From an uncultured Gammaproteobacteria bacterium (lineage in GTDB: Bacteria; Pseudomonadota; Gammaproteobacteria; Magnimaribacterales; Magnimaribacteraceae), in the NCBI GenBank assembly GCA_964635015.1, contig CAZWMS010000002.1:647-64646 (forward strand): a stretch of 64,000 nucleotides of DNA, read 5' to 3'. Below the pieces are notes generated by a model. It was given only the letters and a program-made list of their open reading frames with translations, was not told where the DNA came from and ran no database searches. Shown in pieces: positions 18,576 to 28,996 of the stretch (within the stretch, counting starts at the first letter, position 1; every line of letters starts with the position of its first letter). The position numbers and the translations under genes were made by a program.

Positions 18576-20470
18576 ATATCCTCTATCCTTTTTTTGATAG
18601 ATTTTAAGATCTCGTCTTTACTCAAACCAGAATAGTGTAACTGTCTATCTTGTTCTGCGTGGTTAATAAACTCATCTGGGAGTCCAAGATTAAGAATGGG
18701 CATCGGTTTGTTTGCATAAGCTAAGAATTCATTTACTGACGAGCCTGCCCCTCCCTGAATAGAGTTAATTTCAATAGTAACTAACAGTTTACTTTTGGGA
18801 CAAATATCTAAGATTCTTTCCTTATCCAGAGGTTTTACAAAGTTCATGTCTACTAGTCTAGCATCTAATTCCTCAGCAACCTGTTCAGCTATGTTTAAAG
18901 CTGAACCAAAAGAAAGGATAGAAATATCTGAATCGTTGGAGGGTCTAATTAAGGTACTCTTTCCAATTTCTATAATTGAATTATCCTCTTTAAACGTTTT
19001 TCCAGTTCCCACTCCTCTTGGATATCTTATTGCAGCAGGACCATTATATTGAAATCCAGTATTAAGCATTCTCCAAGTAAGCTCTTCATTTGAGGGAGCC
19101 ATAATTACCATATTAGGTATGCATCTAAGAAAAGAGAGGTCAAAAGCACCTTGGTGAGTTGAACCATCTGCTCCTACTAAGCCCGCTCTATCAATAGCAA
19201 ATAAAACATCCAGGTCCTGAATGGCTACATCATGTATTAGCTGGTCATAAGCTCTTTGAAGAAAAGTGCTATAAATAGCAACTACTGGTTTCAAGCCCTC
19301 ACATGCCATACCTGCAGCGAAAGTTACACTATGTTGTTCTGCTATAGCTACATCGAAATATCTTTTTGGAAATTTTCTAGAGAATTCAACCATCCCAGAA
19401 CCCTCTCTCATTGCTGGTGTTATAGCAACTAAACGTTGATCGTATTCAGCTTTATAACAAAGCCATCTTCCAAAAACTTCCGAAAAAGTAATGCCCTTAT
19501 TTTTTTCCTTAAGATTTTTTTCACGTTTTTGAATCGGTTTAATCTTATTAATAGCATGGAAACCTATAGGATCTATTTCAGATGGTTCAAAACCTTTCCC
19601 TTTTTTTGTAATAACATGAAGAATTTTAGGACCATTTATTCTAGTTAAGTTTTTGAGTATTTTTGTTAGCTCTATTGTGTCATGTCCATTTATAGGACCT
19701 ATATATTCAAGTCCTAATTCTTCGAATAAGGTTCCGGGGGCTATCATACCCTTGTAATGTATTTCAGCTCTTCTAGCAAATCTTTTAGCTGCAGGAATAA
19801 AACGTAGCATAGTTTTCCCTCCTTCTCTTATTTGGTTATAGAATCTACTTGCCCATATTTTTGCAAGATAATTTTTCAACCCACCTACGTTTTCAGAAAT
19901 TGACATTTGATTGTCATTTAATACAACTAAAAGATTTTCATCCATTGAGCCCGCATGTGCTAGGGCTTCATATGCCATGCCAGCAGTCATTGCACCATCT
20001 CCGATTATTGCTGTAACATTTCTCTGTTCTCCTTTAGATCTAGCAGCTGTTATCATTCCTAGTGCAGAACTTATTGAGGTACTAGAGTGGCCAGTACCGA
20101 AAGCATCATATTGACTTTCAGATCTTGATGGAAAAGGAGAAAGACCATTTTCCTCTCTAATGGATTCCATGTCCTTTTTTCTTGAGGTAAGAATTTTATG
20201 AGGGTAAGTTTGATGTCCGACATCCCATACTAACCTATCCTCGGGAGTATCAAATACATAATGCAGAGCAATAGTTAACTCAACCACACCCAACCCAGCA
20301 CCAAAATGCCCACCAGACTGTCCCACTGTATAAAGTAAATATTCTCTAAGTTCATCAGCCAGCTTAGGAAGCTGATTTAAGTCTAGCATTTTAAGATCTT
20401 CTGGATCACTAACTGTATCAAGAAGTTCACAAGATGGTTTTTCTTTAGGGATTTTATTAAAAATTTTCAT
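18572..20470 (-). CDS. dxs: 1-deoxy-D-xylulose-5-phosphate synthase
   Basis: Motifs GGHFGAGLGVVELT and DVGHQTYPHKILT are present, plus the TPP motif GDGAMTAGMAYEA. Length is 632 aa. Confidence 0.96.
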   Translation of the reverse strand: MKIFNKIPKEKPSCELLDTVSDPEDLKMLDLNQLPKLADELREYLLYTVGQSGGHFGAGLGVVELTIALHYVFDTPEDRLVWDVGHQTYPHKILTSRKKDMESIREENGLSPFPSRSESQYDAFGTGHSSTSISSALGMITAARSKGEQRNVTAIIGDGAMTAGMAYEALAHAGSMDENLLVVLNDNQMSISENVGGLKNYLAKIWASRFYNQIREGGKTMLRFIPAAKRFARRAEIHYKGMIAPGTLFEELGLEYIGPINGHDTIELTKILKNLTRINGPKILHVITKKGKGFEPSEIDPIGFHAINKIKPIQKREKNLKEKNKGITFSEVFGRWLCYKAEYDQRLVAITPAMREGSGMVEFSRKFPKRYFDVAIAEQHSVTFAAGMACEGLKPVVAIYSTFLQRAYDQLIHDVAIQDLDVLFAIDRAGLVGADGSTHQGAFDLSFLRCIPNMVIMAPSNEELTWRMLNTGFQYNGPAAIRYPRGVGTGKTFKEDNSIIEIGKSTLIRPSNDSDISILSFGSALNIAEQVAEELDARLVDMNFVKPLDKERILDICPKSKLLVTIEINSIQGGAGSSVNEFLAYANKPMPILNLGLPDEFINHAEQDRQLHYSGLSKDEILKSIKKRIEDI

Positions 20471-20474
20471 CTAC

Positions 20475-21350
20475 CTAATGATTTCTTTCAATTATGAAAG
20501 TGGCTAGGTCTCTTAATCTTTCAGCTTTATTAGAGAAAATCTCTAAATTTTTTTTTGCCTCAACTATTAATTCTTTGGCTTTTCTTTTAGATTCATCTAA
20601 TCCCACTATTTCTGGATAAGTACTCTTGTTTTTATTTACATCTGATCCCTGCTTTTTCCCACTTATACTAGTTGGAGATTCTATATCAATAATATCGTCT
20701 CGTATTTGGAAAGCTAGACCAATTTTTTCCCCATATTTCGAAAGACTTCTTATTTTTTCTTTTTCTAACCCAGCTATAATTCCTCCTATTTCCAGTGAAG
20801 CTTTTATTAACTGGCCTGTTTTTTGTTTGTGTATTTGGTCTAATTGAGAAATAGAAATTTTTTCTTTAAGCATTATATCTTTCATTTGACCTTCAACCAT
20901 TCCATTTAATCCACATGCGTATGTTAGCTTCTCCAGGATATTAATCTTGAGGCTTAGTCCAATGCTTTTTGAATTGGTGATAACAGAATAAGCTAAAGGC
21001 TGAAGGGCATCTCCTGCAAGAATAGCAGTTGCTTCATCAAAAGCAATGTGACAAGTAGCTTTTCCCCTTCGAAGGTCATCGTCATCCATTGAAGGCAAGT
21101 CATCATGAATTAAGGAATAGCAGTGTATGAGTTCTACTGCACAAGCAGTCTCATCTATTTCTTTGCTACCAGCCTCCCCTAATTCTGATGATAGATATAC
21201 AAGCATAGGTCTTAGTCTTTTTCCTGCATTCAAAACTGAATACCTCATAGCATCAGTGAGTCTAGAATAATTTGACCTAGGTAATAATTTATCCAAAGCA
21301 ATATCTACTCTATTCTTGTAAGACTTAATCAAGTCCTCAAACTTAGACAT
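20475..21350 (-). CDS. ispA: Farnesyl diphosphate synthase
   Basis: The first Asp-rich motif is HDDLPSMDDDDLRRG and the second is FQIRDDIID. Confidence 0.94.
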   Translation of the reverse strand: MSKFEDLIKSYKNRVDIALDKLLPRSNYSRLTDAMRYSVLNAGKRLRPMLVYLSSELGEAGSKEIDETACAVELIHCYSLIHDDLPSMDDDDLRRGKATCHIAFDEATAILAGDALQPLAYSVITNSKSIGLSLKINILEKLTYACGLNGMVEGQMKDIMLKEKISISQLDQIHKQKTGQLIKASLEIGGIIAGLEKEKIRSLSKYGEKIGLAFQIRDDIIDIESPTSISGKKQGSDVNKNKSTYPEIVGLDESKRKAKELIVEAKKNLEIFSNKAERLRDLATFIIERNH

Positions 21351-21576
21351 TCTTTTTTGATACGGTCGTTAAGTCTCCGCTTTCTTCGATTAATTTTTGT
21401 ACTTTTAATTCTGCTTTGTTGAGATGCTCTTTGCAAAGGCGAGTTAATTTAATTCCCTTTTCAAAGGATTTAAGAGAATCCTCCAAACTTAGATCTCCCG
21501 ATTCTAATAACTCAACCAGCTTTTCAAGTTCTTTTATAGACTTTTCAAAATTTACATTAGTTTTTTTATCTGCCAT
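21343..21576 (-). CDS. xseB: Exodeoxyribonuclease VII small subunit
   Basis: The protein is 77 aa and helical, with FEKSIKELEKLVELLESGDLSLEDSLKSFEKG. The xseB-ispA-dxs order is classical. Confidence 0.9.
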   Translation of the reverse strand: MADKKTNVNFEKSIKELEKLVELLESGDLSLEDSLKSFEKGIKLTRLCKEHLNKAELKVQKLIEESGDLTTVSKKNV

Positions 21577-21585
21577 CTTTTTATT

Positions 21586-23643
21586 TTAGAACAAATATTC
21601 AAGACCAATATACATTTCCCTCGATAGACCTGGAAAATATCTATCACCCCCGAAAGTATTATAATCTGCTCTTTCTGCATATTTTTTGTCTAGAATATTG
21701 TTCATTCTTAAATATAATCTAGTTTTCTCATCAAATAATATATCTAATCTTGCATGAACTAAAGCATGTCCTTCATATTCATGTTCATTTCCAGCATCAG
21801 TAAAGTATGAACCCATTTTTTCTATTTCTATTTCTGATGAGAGGAAATCATTTACATGGCTCAACCAAACTAAATTGCCCTTAAATCTAGGTGCAGTGTC
21901 AATGTAGTCTCCTTTTTCAATATCTTCTTTGAGAGAAGTTTGAGAAGAAAAATCATATTTGTGATTTTCAAAAGATAGGCTAATCAAAAATAAATTTGAT
22001 TCATTTATTTTTAGATTAGTAAGTATTTCAATACCTTTATGAATAGTTTTGCCATTATCAACGATAAAATTATTGGCATCTCTAAAAATTGCATTCTTTT
22101 TTCCTCCAATGTAAATAGCTAAAAGACTCGAAAATCTTTTCGTATTTAAACTAATGCCTCCTTCCAACATTATTAGCTCTTCTGAAGTTAAGTCACTAGA
22201 ATTTTGTTCTTTTTGTAATCTATATACCTCACTAATTTGAGGGGGTCTAAATCCTGAACTTAATTGAAGAAAAAAATTATGACTTTCAACAAGAAGACTT
22301 TCCGCACCTAATCTGAAACTCATTTCTGTGTGTTTGTCATTTCTATCTTCAGGTCTGTTATAAAAGCAACCTCCAAAATTACAAGGTCTACCATCTTCTT
22401 TTGTGTTCCCACTTATCATTTTATTTTTATACTGATAAGCAAGGTGTTCTATTCTTGCATCTCCAAATACCTTAATAGATTTATTCACTAAATTTTCTTT
22501 AAATCCATAGAAGAGGGCTAGTGTCTTGGAATTAACCTGATAATTATAGTGAAGCCCTTGGGGTCTTACGGCATTGTTAAAAGGGGAACTAGTTGTTAAA
22601 ACTTCTGGTTGATATTGCTTTAAATTTACATCTGCTATTTCTATTTGAGCTCCAAGGATGTTATCACGGTTTTCAAGTTTTACTTCTTTCTTTGTTATTA
22701 AACCCAAACTCCAATGATCATTATCTTCTAATGGAGTACCAGGAAGATAGTGTTGCAAAAAATTCATTTTTGTTTTTCTAAAATAAGGACTTAAAGAGTA
22801 GGAACTATCTTGCTCAAATTTAAACAGATTGAGATTAATTCTAAGAGAAGTAGCATCGCGAAAGGCCTCTGGATTAGGGTTAGATTTTCTTAATATGTCA
22901 TTCTTGAAGGCATCTTTACCATAAATATAGCCAGCAGTTTCTTGATTTAAGTTTGTTAAGTTTAAATTTCCAGATCCCTTCCAATCTTTAACTTGTATTG
23001 CTTTTTTGAATTTTATCTTTTGCTGATCAAATCCAGAATTTTCTCTAAATCCATTTGAAGAAGATAAGTGAGAATTTATTAACCAGTCTTTGGTTTTACC
23101 ATATGTGAGCTTTAAATTCTTATAATCGTTAGGTCCTAAATTTGAAGAAACGGTCTTTAAGCCATCAAGGCTTGGAGAGATAAGATTAATCAACCCATGC
23201 ATCGCATTACCCCCATAATGTGAACTTGCTGGCCCCTTTATAATTTCCACTTCATCAGATTGTTCTATATTTGCTTCAATTAACCCGTTTACATTACAAA
23301 ACCCACTAGGTCTTATAGAAATGCCATCTTCTAAAATTAAAAAAGATCCACAAGCTCCTGGTCCAGTTAACACAGGAGAACGAATACTGGTCAGGTGTTC
23401 TTGACCCGATCCTCTACTTACCCACATCCCTGGAACTCTAAGGAATAATTGTTTGGGATGTTGAGGGTCTATTTTATTGATCTCTATAAAGGATAAAATA
23501 AATTCTGAATGATCTTCAGACCAACTAGTTAAACTTTGCATTTTTTTTGCTTTTACCACTACCTCTTCTTTGTACTCTGCTGACAGGAGGTTGTTACATT
23601 GATTTATCAACAGAAAAAGGACAAACAAAAGATGTTTTATCAT
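21586..23643 (-). CDS. TonB-dependent outer-membrane receptor (685 aa)
   Basis: It has a signal peptide and plug-domain motifs (VEIIKGPASSHYGGNAMHGLINLIS). A long beta-barrel-like region follows, ending in IGLEYLF with a terminal Phe. Confidence 0.88.
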   Translation of the reverse strand: MIKHLLFVLFLLINQCNNLLSAEYKEEVVVKAKKMQSLTSWSEDHSEFILSFIEINKIDPQHPKQLFLRVPGMWVSRGSGQEHLTSIRSPVLTGPGACGSFLILEDGISIRPSGFCNVNGLIEANIEQSDEVEIIKGPASSHYGGNAMHGLINLISPSLDGLKTVSSNLGPNDYKNLKLTYGKTKDWLINSHLSSSNGFRENSGFDQQKIKFKKAIQVKDWKGSGNLNLTNLNQETAGYIYGKDAFKNDILRKSNPNPEAFRDATSLRINLNLFKFEQDSSYSLSPYFRKTKMNFLQHYLPGTPLEDNDHWSLGLITKKEVKLENRDNILGAQIEIADVNLKQYQPEVLTTSSPFNNAVRPQGLHYNYQVNSKTLALFYGFKENLVNKSIKVFGDARIEHLAYQYKNKMISGNTKEDGRPCNFGGCFYNRPEDRNDKHTEMSFRLGAESLLVESHNFFLQLSSGFRPPQISEVYRLQKEQNSSDLTSEELIMLEGGISLNTKRFSSLLAIYIGGKKNAIFRDANNFIVDNGKTIHKGIEILTNLKINESNLFLISLSFENHKYDFSSQTSLKEDIEKGDYIDTAPRFKGNLVWLSHVNDFLSSEIEIEKMGSYFTDAGNEHEYEGHALVHARLDILFDEKTRLYLRMNNILDKKYAERADYNTFGGDRYFPGLSREMYIGLEYLF

Positions 23644-23661
23644 ACTTTATTAAGTAATTAT

Positions 23662-25749
23662 CTACTTACTGCTTTGAAGCAGTTTGTAGGTTGTATTAGC
23701 TTGAGAAATTAAATATTGATGAATTGCATCAGTTTGGTCTTCAGAAAGCATCTCACTAAAAGATATCATGCCTTTATCTTTATGCGATCCACCCAAAACT
23801 ATACCTAAAAAGGCAGTATGAGTTTCTTGACTCATTTGTTGAAGATCAGGAATTACTCCTCCTCCAACAGCACCAGCACCATGACAAAATTGGCAATGTT
23901 CATGATATTCGTATTCTCCTTCAGAAACTGTAGCCATATCAGATACCAAAAGGGGGGGTTTTGGCATATCTTTATACAATTTAGGTTCAGGAAGGCTATT
24001 GTCTCCTCCTAGCTTAAAAACAAGCAGTCTGCCATTTATGTTCCCTCCAGAATGAACAGGAGGTACGCCTCCGGATAAGGCATAGGCTCCTCCATAACCA
24101 ACCATAACGGCTACATACTGATTACCATCTATACTGTAAGTAATCGGTGGGGCCCCTACACCACTTTGAACATCAACCTCCCAGATTTTTTTACCATCAT
24201 CGGCTTTATAAGCTATAAACTTTCCTTCAGTAGTTCCTTGAAAAACTAAGTTACCAGCAGTAGTTAGCGTGCCTCCATTCCAAGGCCAGTCATAATTCGC
24301 TCTCCAGATTTCTTTTTGACTTACAGGGTCCCACGCACTTAGATGGCCTTTTATAGCCTCTAATAATTCTTCAAGTTCCTCCTGATCTTTGGGTGGAACA
24401 GTAGCGTTAATATCTATTCCCGTATTCCAAGTTTTTTCGTTATAAACGAAGTTTTTATCATCCCCATAGTTAAAGAATAATTCTTGAGCAGGAAGATAAA
24501 CCAATCCTGTGTGAGGGTTGAAAGACATTGGTTGCCAATTATGCCCACCCAAGGGACCTGGTTTTATTTTTTCAACGACCCTGTCTTTGTAATTTTTTTC
24601 TGGGTTTTCTACCGGACGTCCAGTTAATTGGTCAATATGAGTTGCCCAATTAACAGGAACATAATTTTCTGCAGAAATAAGATCCCCATTTACTCTATCA
24701 ATAACGTAAAAAAAACCGTTCTTTGGAGCCTGCATAATTACTTTTTTCTTTTTACCTTGAATTTCAAGATCAGCTAATATCATATGTTGTGTAGCTGTAT
24801 AATCCCAAGTATCACCAGGAGTAGTTTGATAGTGCCAAACATATTCACCTGTATTCGGTTTGAGCGCTACTATTGATGAAAGAAACAAGTTATCTCCTCC
24901 TCCAGGACTCCTTATATATCTATTCCAAGGGGAGCCATTACCTACACCAATATATAAAAGATCCAAAGACGGATCATATGCCATAGAATCCCAAACAGTT
25001 CCACCTCCACCTATTTCCCACCAATTTCCTCCCTTCCAGGTAGTTATTGTTTCTTTTAAAATGGGGTTTTCGAAAGCATCTTTTGGATTGCCAGGCACAG
25101 TATAAAATCTCCATATCATCTCACCCGACTCTGTGCTATAAGCACTGACATACCCTCTTACTCCAAGCTCTGCTCCTCCATTTCCTATTATTACTTTATC
25201 TTTTATAATTCTAGGGGCCCCTGTAATTGTATAAGGCTTTTCTTTGTCTATAGTTAGTTTTTCCCAGATAAGTTTGCCATTATCTGCCTCTAGAGCTATT
25301 AATCTTCCATCAATAGTCCCAAAAAATACTTTTCCTTTCCATACAGCAACACCTCTGTTTACCACATCACAGCAAGCTTTATACCCCCACTCTTTTGGAA
25401 CCTTTGGATCATATTTCCAGATTAATTCCCCCTTTTCTGCATCAAGTGCGTATACAACACTCCAAGCTGAGGTTATAAACATAACTCCGTCAACTACAAT
25501 GGGAGAGGCTTCATGACCTCGGTTTGTATCAGTATTGAAATACCATGCTAATCCAAGCTTTTTTACATTATCTGAATTAATATCTGTAAGAGGACTAAAT
25601 CGTTTTTCATCATAAGTTCTTCCATGAGCCATCCAGTTTTCAGGCTCCAGATCTGCTTGGATTATTCTCTCACCATTTATATTAAATTCTTCTGAGCAAG
25701 CAGCCAGAATAATAAAAATTATTAGAGGAAGGATATTTTTACTAAACAT
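23662..25749 (-). CDS. PQQ-dependent quinohemoprotein alcohol dehydrogenase, predicted lipoprotein
   Basis: The vicinal Cys pair YKACCDVV is present, as are W-rich propeller repeats and the catalytic WDYT region. The C-terminal cytochrome c domain carries CQFCH. The N-terminal lipobox is ILAAC. Confidence 0.9.
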   Translation of the reverse strand: MFSKNILPLIIFIILAACSEEFNINGERIIQADLEPENWMAHGRTYDEKRFSPLTDINSDNVKKLGLAWYFNTDTNRGHEASPIVVDGVMFITSAWSVVYALDAEKGELIWKYDPKVPKEWGYKACCDVVNRGVAVWKGKVFFGTIDGRLIALEADNGKLIWEKLTIDKEKPYTITGAPRIIKDKVIIGNGGAELGVRGYVSAYSTESGEMIWRFYTVPGNPKDAFENPILKETITTWKGGNWWEIGGGGTVWDSMAYDPSLDLLYIGVGNGSPWNRYIRSPGGGDNLFLSSIVALKPNTGEYVWHYQTTPGDTWDYTATQHMILADLEIQGKKKKVIMQAPKNGFFYVIDRVNGDLISAENYVPVNWATHIDQLTGRPVENPEKNYKDRVVEKIKPGPLGGHNWQPMSFNPHTGLVYLPAQELFFNYGDDKNFVYNEKTWNTGIDINATVPPKDQEELEELLEAIKGHLSAWDPVSQKEIWRANYDWPWNGGTLTTAGNLVFQGTTEGKFIAYKADDGKKIWEVDVQSGVGAPPITYSIDGNQYVAVMVGYGGAYALSGGVPPVHSGGNINGRLLVFKLGGDNSLPEPKLYKDMPKPPLLVSDMATVSEGEYEYHEHCQFCHGAGAVGGGVIPDLQQMSQETHTAFLGIVLGGSHKDKGMISFSEMLSEDQTDAIHQYLISQANTTYKLLQSSK

Positions 25750-25813
25750 AAATAAAACTCTTAAATAAGAGCCCCTTACTCTAAGGTTTGCTTAAACTAA
25801 AGACAAGAAAAAA

Positions 25814-28800
25814 TTAGTTTATGGAATGAGAAGTTTTTTTATTAAAAAAATAGCTGAATTTATTTAGAACTTTTCCTGGTAATTCTTTGAGAGAGTCTGA
25901 GAGAACAAGGGCACAAGGAGTGACAACCAAAGTTAGAACTGTTGCTACAGTCAAACCAACAACAATAGCTCCAGACATTTGTTCCCAATAACTAGTTATA
26001 TACATCCCTGATTTAATTTGTCTATTTATTAGGTCTATGCTGTAGCCTAAAGCTATAGGCAATAGTCCACAAATTGTAGTAAATGAAGTTAAAAATACCG
26101 GTCTTAATCTGAGGACTGCACTTCTTAAAGCTAGACTAATTAAATCTTGATCTGGATTGTTTTTCTTAAGAACGTTAAAAGTATCAATTAAAACAATATT
26201 GTTATTAACAACAATTCCAGCAAGAGCTATACAACTAATTCCAGTTTGCATAGTGCTAAAGGATCTTCCCAAGATTAATAGAGCTAAGAAAACTCCACCG
26301 AAGGAGAGCAAAATTGCTGAAAGAATAATTATGGATTGATAAAAACTATTAAACTGAGTTACTAGGAGTACCAGCATAATAAAAAGGGATAGAACTAAAG
26401 AAGTAACCAAGAAATCTGTAGCCTCCTGATTATATCTATCAAAGCCTCCAAATTTAACTGATATTCCTTTTCCTAAATCATTAAGAGAGACCCATTCTTT
26501 TATTTGTTTTATTTTTTCAGATATTATTACCCCTTGCTCTTTTTCAGCGGTAACTGAATAAACCCTTTTACCATCTTTACGGTTAATAACCCCTGTGGCT
26601 GGTTTTGGTTTTAGTTCTACAAAACTATTAACAGGAACAAGACCTTTAACAGTTTTAACAGTTAATCTACTTAATTCATCTAGATTTCTTTGGTTTTTAG
26701 GAAATCTAACTCTTATATCGATCTCTTCATCCGCATCAAGTGGCCTATATTCTCCTACCTTGATACCGTTAGTTATCATTTGTACTGAAGCTCCAACATC
26801 ATTTAGGCTTGCTCCAAATTGTGCCGCCCTAGTTTTATCTATCTTCATTTCCCATTCTACGCCTCTTTGCTGAAGGGTATCTTCAATGTCAGTTAATCCT
26901 TGAACTTCGTTTTCAATAAAAGCTCTAACTTTTTTTGTAGCTTCAGATAGTGCTATGGGATCGTTGCCAAGAATGTCTATATCAACTGATTTTCCTATGG
27001 GTGGGCCTGCTTTTTCAGCTTCTACTTGAACCAAAAATCCAGAAAATCCAGAAATATTTTCTTTCATATCATCCATAATCTCGTAACCATCTTTTTCTGA
27101 TTCCCTTTTCGTTTCATCATAAAAATCTATGAACATAGATGAAATCCTATCAGGATTAGAACGTCCCCACCTATTACCTGATCCCGTTCTTAAATACAAC
27201 ATTTCTATATCTTCCATTGGCAGTATCTTTTCCTCTGCTTTAACGGAAAGGTCTCTTATTTCATCAATAGAGAAATTACCCCTTGCAGATACATTAACCT
27301 GAACCCATTGCGGGGCTACTTCAGGAAAATATATAGTCCCCTTGCCATGATCAAACCACACCTTCATTATAAGAATTATTGCAAAGACTATAATAAATAT
27401 GGTTTGTCCAGGTATTTTTAGGAGTCCATAAACTTTTCTCGCATAGGCTCCAGTAATTCCAGGTAGTGCTAAAGGATTTTCAGTTTCTAGTTTTCTTATG
27501 TTATTTGTGTGATATTCTGATTCTTTCGCTAAACCCCCAAAAAGTGCTCCTAATATGGGGACAAAGATAATGGCATAGATTAAGGATCCAGTTAGCACAC
27601 AAAACACTGTAACTGGCATCATCCTTATAAAACGTCCCATTCCTGGCATCAACATTAAAGGCATGAAAACTACCAAAGTTGTAACTGTTGAAGACAATAC
27701 AGGCCAAAACATCCTTGAAGCTGCAGTCGAATAAGCCTCAATTCTATTCATTCCTTCAGCTAGTTTTCTATCCGCATACTCTGTTACCACTATAGACCCA
27801 TCAATTGTCATGCCCATAGAAATTAACATTCCAAACATCACCATAAAATTAAATTCTTTATCAAACATATGCAAGATCATTAAACAAAATAAGTAGGTAA
27901 AAGGTATTGCCAGTCCTACTAAAAAGGATGTTCTAAACCCAAGAGCTGCTAGAACTACAATCATGACTAATACCACTGCAGTTAAAACATTCCCTTGAAG
28001 TTCAGAAAGCATCTCAAGTACAAATTTTGTTTCATCTCTTGTATAAACAACTTCTACTCCTAAAGGGAATTTTTCTTGTTCTTTAGCTACTTCTTGTTTT
28101 ACCTTCTCAATCACATCTAATAGATTTGAACCACTTCTTTTTACAATTTCTAGGGAGACTGCTGATTCTCCATTAACCCTGGTATAACCACTCCTGTCCT
28201 TAAAGGTTCTTCTTACTTGGGCAACGTCAGATAAGGTTATTACTGAATTTCCAGAAACTTTTACTGGTAATTTATTTATATCTTCCAAGTCAGAGAATAC
28301 ACTTGGTACATTGACTGCAAACCTCCCTTTGCCCGTGTCTAAAGAACCAGCAGGTATGATTCTATTGTTATTGGAAATAGCTTGATAAAGCTCTCCCATA
28401 GAGATTCCATATGATTCTAATTTAGATTTTTCTACAACTGCTTCAAGTAATTCTTCAGGAACACCTTGAAGATCAGCTGAAAGAACTTCAGGTATAGTTT
28501 CTAGTTCATCTTGCAGGTCTTCAGCTAAATTCATCAGCACCTTTTCTGATACGGTGCCACTAGTGAGGCTTATAGTTACTACTGGAAATCTTGAAGTTGA
28601 GTATTCTAATATTCTGGGTTCTCTAGCGTCATTAGGCAATTCAGGCCTAACTTCATCAACTTTTATTCTCGTGTCATAAAGAGCTTGATCCATATCAATA
28701 TCTTGATCAAATTCAACTCTTATCGTCGCATAGCCAGCTGATGCAGTTGAATTAACTTCTTCTACTCCTTCTACAGTTCTTAAAGCTGTTTCAAGAGGTT

Positions 28801-28996
28801 TTACCAAAAGCCTTTCCGAATCTTCAGGAGAAACCCCCTCATAGAAAACTGCTACAACAACTCCAGGAAAAGTTACATCGGGTTCTGTAGCTTTAGGAAG
28901 GGCATTCATTGCATAAACACCCCATAAGGATAGGAGAACGAATATACTTAATGAGGTTCTGGATCTTTCTATTGCTTTAAGAACAAAATTTCTCAT
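25814..28996 (-). CDS. RND efflux transporter permease (AcrB/AcrD/AcrF family)
   Basis: The protein is 1060 aa with the two-fold TM/periplasmic-loop architecture typical of RND pumps. Its start overlaps the upstream MFP gene by 4 nt. Confidence 0.92.
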   Translation of the reverse strand: MRNFVLKAIERSRTSLSIFVLLSLWGVYAMNALPKATEPDVTFPGVVVAVFYEGVSPEDSERLLVKPLETALRTVEGVEEVNSTASAGYATIRVEFDQDIDMDQALYDTRIKVDEVRPELPNDAREPRILEYSTSRFPVVTISLTSGTVSEKVLMNLAEDLQDELETIPEVLSADLQGVPEELLEAVVEKSKLESYGISMGELYQAISNNNRIIPAGSLDTGKGRFAVNVPSVFSDLEDINKLPVKVSGNSVITLSDVAQVRRTFKDRSGYTRVNGESAVSLEIVKRSGSNLLDVIEKVKQEVAKEQEKFPLGVEVVYTRDETKFVLEMLSELQGNVLTAVVLVMIVVLAALGFRTSFLVGLAIPFTYLFCLMILHMFDKEFNFMVMFGMLISMGMTIDGSIVVTEYADRKLAEGMNRIEAYSTAASRMFWPVLSSTVTTLVVFMPLMLMPGMGRFIRMMPVTVFCVLTGSLIYAIIFVPILGALFGGLAKESEYHTNNIRKLETENPLALPGITGAYARKVYGLLKIPGQTIFIIVFAIILIMKVWFDHGKGTIYFPEVAPQWVQVNVSARGNFSIDEIRDLSVKAEEKILPMEDIEMLYLRTGSGNRWGRSNPDRISSMFIDFYDETKRESEKDGYEIMDDMKENISGFSGFLVQVEAEKAGPPIGKSVDIDILGNDPIALSEATKKVRAFIENEVQGLTDIEDTLQQRGVEWEMKIDKTRAAQFGASLNDVGASVQMITNGIKVGEYRPLDADEEIDIRVRFPKNQRNLDELSRLTVKTVKGLVPVNSFVELKPKPATGVINRKDGKRVYSVTAEKEQGVIISEKIKQIKEWVSLNDLGKGISVKFGGFDRYNQEATDFLVTSLVLSLFIMLVLLVTQFNSFYQSIIILSAILLSFGGVFLALLILGRSFSTMQTGISCIALAGIVVNNNIVLIDTFNVLKKNNPDQDLISLALRSAVLRLRPVFLTSFTTICGLLPIALGYSIDLINRQIKSGMYITSYWEQMSGAIVVGLTVATVLTLVVTPCALVLSDSLKELPGKVLNKFSYFFNKKTSHSIN

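Noticed and set aside
25757-25770. The palindrome CTCTTA-aa-TAAGAG lies between the RND stop and the dehydrogenase start.
   Set aside because: A 2-nt loop is sterically implausible for a hairpin. The element is short and has no T-run.
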